Source: Gemmatimonadales bacterium (GTDB lineage Bacteria > Gemmatimonadota > Gemmatimonadetes > Gemmatimonadales > GWC2-71-9). Taken from it: a stretch of DNA of 64,000 nucleotides. Under the pieces are notes generated by a model. The model made no database searches. It was not told the origin of the DNA and worked only from the letters and a program-made list of their open reading frames with translations. Within the stretch, counting starts at the first letter, position 1. The number at the start of each line of letters is the position of its first letter. The stretch is taken from the NCBI GenBank assembly GCA_037189525.1, contig JBBCJC010000005.1, forward strand, positions 192,001 through 256,000, read 5' to 3'. Shown one piece after another: positions 61,637-64,000 of this stretch. Position numbers and translations under genes: made by a program.

Positions 61637-61986
61637 CAGCTCAACTGGCCGGCCGCATCCAGCAGGGCGAGCCGGACTTCACCGATGTTGACGTCGTTGC
61701 CGGTCACCGCCACGAGCAGCAACCCCTCGCCGCCCGCCACGATGAAGAGTTGTCCGGCCGCCGCCTGCAGGAGCAGCACGCTCATGGGCGGTGTGTGCAG
61801 GGTCCGGGTCAGCACGCCGAGCCGCTGCGCCAGGCGGGCAGCAAAGGCGGCGGCCGCCTCGGTGGCCTGCCCTTCCAGCGCCGCTTCGGCCACGACCAGC
61901 CCGTCCTCGATCGAGACGAGAAGCGCGCTCCGGACACCCGCAACCCGGGTAATGTCCTCGAGCATCAGATGTTCGCGGCCGATCAT
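61636..61986 (-). CDS. Roadblock/LC7 domain protein
   Basis: GVRSALLVSIEDGLVVAE...NIGEVRLAL. Confidence 0.8.
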   Translation of the reverse strand: MIGREHLMLEDITRVAGVRSALLVSIEDGLVVAEAALEGQATEAAAAFAARLAQRLGVLTRTLHTPPMSVLLLQAAAGQLFIVAGGEGLLLVAVTGNDVNIGEVRLALLDAAGQLS

Positions 61987-62771
61987 TCGAGCGCCTCCAG
62001 CCAGCGGCGGGCATCCTGCGTCGCTCGGTCCGCAATCCGCGCCAGGCGACCTGCCGGCACTTCCCGCCCCCGCATGACCAGGAGCAGCGTTTCCGGCGTC
62101 GGCGTGCGCAGTTCGTAATTGACGGCGCCGCTTTCAATCGCAATCGCCTTCCACTCGCCGAGTTCGAGCATCCGGGTGGCCCGATCGGCTTCACGCGATA
62201 CACCGGCCAGAGCCGCGGCGACCGCCTCGCTGGCGTCGACGCCATCGGCGCGGCTGAGTTCTCCGCGCAGCACCCGCCCCTGCTGATCGAACAGCAGGCT
62301 GGGCGTGGGTCCGGCCGCGGCGGCGACCGGGACGGGATTCGGATCGGCTTCGATCTGCGCCACCCGGGCCGCCATCATGGAGCGGATCCGTTCGATGGCG
62401 GAGGCCAGAGTGGTGTCGTCAGGAGCGAGTTCGAGGGCACGCGAGAGATGGCGAACACTCCGGCCGAGATCGCCGGTTCTGAAAGCCAGGAACGCCAGCC
62501 CTTTGTGGGCGCCAAGATGGTCGGCATCGAGCCGGAGCACGGTGGTCCAGGCATCGAAGGCGGCGTCACCCTCACCGCGATCCGACTGGATCCGCGCCAG
62601 CAGGTCGTGCGCGTCGGCCACGTTGGGGTATCGGGCCACACCGCGGCTCGCGACCGTGAGGGCCGCATCGAGCTGGCCACGGCGGCGCAACGCTTCCGCC
62701 AGGCGCAGGAACACCAGACTGGCCGGATCGGAGGCCAGTTCGAGCGTCATCGCGGCAATATCGTCAGTCAT
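61983..62771 (-). CDS. TPR protein with C-terminal roadblock-like domain
   Basis: N-terminal TPRs (FLRLAEALRRRG); C-terminal LLFDQQGRVL...AAALAGVS...GRL roadblock pattern. Confidence 0.75.
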   Translation of the reverse strand: MTDDIAAMTLELASDPASLVFLRLAEALRRRGQLDAALTVASRGVARYPNVADAHDLLARIQSDRGEGDAAFDAWTTVLRLDADHLGAHKGLAFLAFRTGDLGRSVRHLSRALELAPDDTTLASAIERIRSMMAARVAQIEADPNPVPVAAAAGPTPSLLFDQQGRVLRGELSRADGVDASEAVAAALAGVSREADRATRMLELGEWKAIAIESGAVNYELRTPTPETLLLVMRGREVPAGRLARIADRATQDARRWLEALE

Positions 62772-63915
62772 AATTCTCTCGCAGCAGAGCCGCCAGCTGG
62801 CGCGCCGCCGGAATGGCCGCGCCGACCGTTACGACTTTCCGCTCTTCCTCGGAACCTAACGAGGGTAACGCCAGCCACGCTTCAAAGCCATGGACCGCCT
62901 CGTCCAGGCGCCCGGCCCCCATCAGCGCCCATGACAAGAGCCGGAGCGCCTTGGGCGACGCGGGGTCCAATCGCACCGCTTCCCGGAATGCCGTTTCGGC
63001 CTGGGTGTAGCGCCGGTCGGCCAGAAACACGCGGCCTAGCATCACGTGAGTTTCGGCCTCATCGGGAAAGGCGGCGACGGCCGCTTGCGCAATCGAAAGC
63101 GCGGCCTCGGCCTGACGGGCCTGCAACTGGCGTTCGGCCTCCGACAGGAGCGACTGGGCATCGGCGCGCGGCGCGGCCTGAGTGGTTTCCTTGATCGGAT
63201 CGCGCAGCGCGAGCACCCCGGCAGCCGACAGGCCGAAGACGGCCCGGGCCACGTCGAACTCGGGTTCGCTCAGCAGGGTCGCCATTTCCTGGAGATCACG
63301 GGTCCCGTCGGCCACGGTGAGGACGCGCCATTCGAACGGATTGAGGACCAGGCTGCCCGGCTCCCCTTCCGGCAGGCTGGCAATCCGGGGGATCACACCC
63401 AGATGGGGAACCTTGGCCCGAATCCGGGACCACTCGTCGATCCGGCGCGCGCCTTCGAGCAACAGCGCCTCGACGGAAATCCGGACATCCGCTTCGCGCG
63501 GAATGGTGTCGGGCGCAGCCTCCTCGAAGACGAAATATCCTTCGGACCAGCCGAGCATCGTGAAGACGACTTCCTCGATCTGGGCGCGGACCTGCGAGGC
63601 GAGTTCCTTCGGCGTGATGGCGCCGATCGCGACCAGAATGGCACCGATCCGGCGCTGGTCGCCGCCGGACTGGAGCGCCTGGGCCCGGGTCAGATCTTCG
63701 CTGGCAATCCGCCCCGCCCGCACCAGGTGCTGTCCCAGCATGTGGGGATTCGATCGGACCGACGCGGCCACGATGCCGGCCTCGTGAAACCAGATGGTTC
63801 CCTCGTTGTGGCGCAGATCCGAAACGACCCGGAGACGCCCGGTCTTCTTGCCCAGGTCGAGCAACTGGAAGACGTCGTGGATACCGAGTTCGCGAAGCGG
63901 GCCCTGGATGGCCAT
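62764..63915 (-). CDS. DUF4388 + degenerate MshEN-like + TPR protein
   Basis: GPLRELGIHDVFQLL...TGRL, RIGAILVAIGAI, LLLEGARRIDEW, TPRs. Confidence 0.85.
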   Translation of the reverse strand: MAIQGPLRELGIHDVFQLLDLGKKTGRLRVVSDLRHNEGTIWFHEAGIVAASVRSNPHMLGQHLVRAGRIASEDLTRAQALQSGGDQRRIGAILVAIGAITPKELASQVRAQIEEVVFTMLGWSEGYFVFEEAAPDTIPREADVRISVEALLLEGARRIDEWSRIRAKVPHLGVIPRIASLPEGEPGSLVLNPFEWRVLTVADGTRDLQEMATLLSEPEFDVARAVFGLSAAGVLALRDPIKETTQAAPRADAQSLLSEAERQLQARQAEAALSIAQAAVAAFPDEAETHVMLGRVFLADRRYTQAETAFREAVRLDPASPKALRLLSWALMGAGRLDEAVHGFEAWLALPSLGSEEERKVVTVGAAIPAARQLAALLRENYD

Positions 63916-63916
63916 C

Positions 63917-64000
63917 TCAGGCCTCGACCGGCTGGAGGATGTGCATCAGATCGCGGGTCGACCGCGCTTCCGCGCGCGCCGCCGCAGCCAGCGGTCCGGT
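63917..64000 (-). CDS. C-terminal end of an upstream gene (truncated by window)
   Basis: Open frame ...TGPLAAAARAEARSTRDLMHILQPVEA* ending 1 nt before the next ATG. Confidence 0.55.
   Translation of the reverse strand, partial: TGPLAAAARAEARSTRDLMHILQPVEA

Overview
High-GC bacterial chromosome segment with no mobile element, CRISPR array or rRNA. Gene content resembles Gemmatimonadota (inference only). Left to right: truncated ECF sigma factor; secreted barrel protein and Tat amidase; metY-metX preceded by a Met/Cys-rich leader peptide with mutually exclusive terminator and antiterminator hairpins; accessory genes; a long minus-strand run (alr, DUF1844, deoB, cdd, lipoprotein, OM barrel, miaB, comFB, comEC, fbp, MCM, esterase); mazG; asnS; a MacA/MacB/TolC-type exporter lacking an ATPase; a CPBP protease flanked by gene remnants; recG; ftsY; a dcw cluster (rsmH to ftsZ, no mraZ/murB/ddl); tRNA-Asp and tRNA-Val; and an MglA/roadblock/DUF4388-MshEN-TPR/tandem DnaA-like ATPase/CheR/CheD cluster running off the right end. 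The best novelty candidates are the Met/Cys attenuator (2724-2893) and the Mgl-Che-MshEN-AAA+ module. Family assignments come from motif recognition by eye; no searches or folding programs were run.
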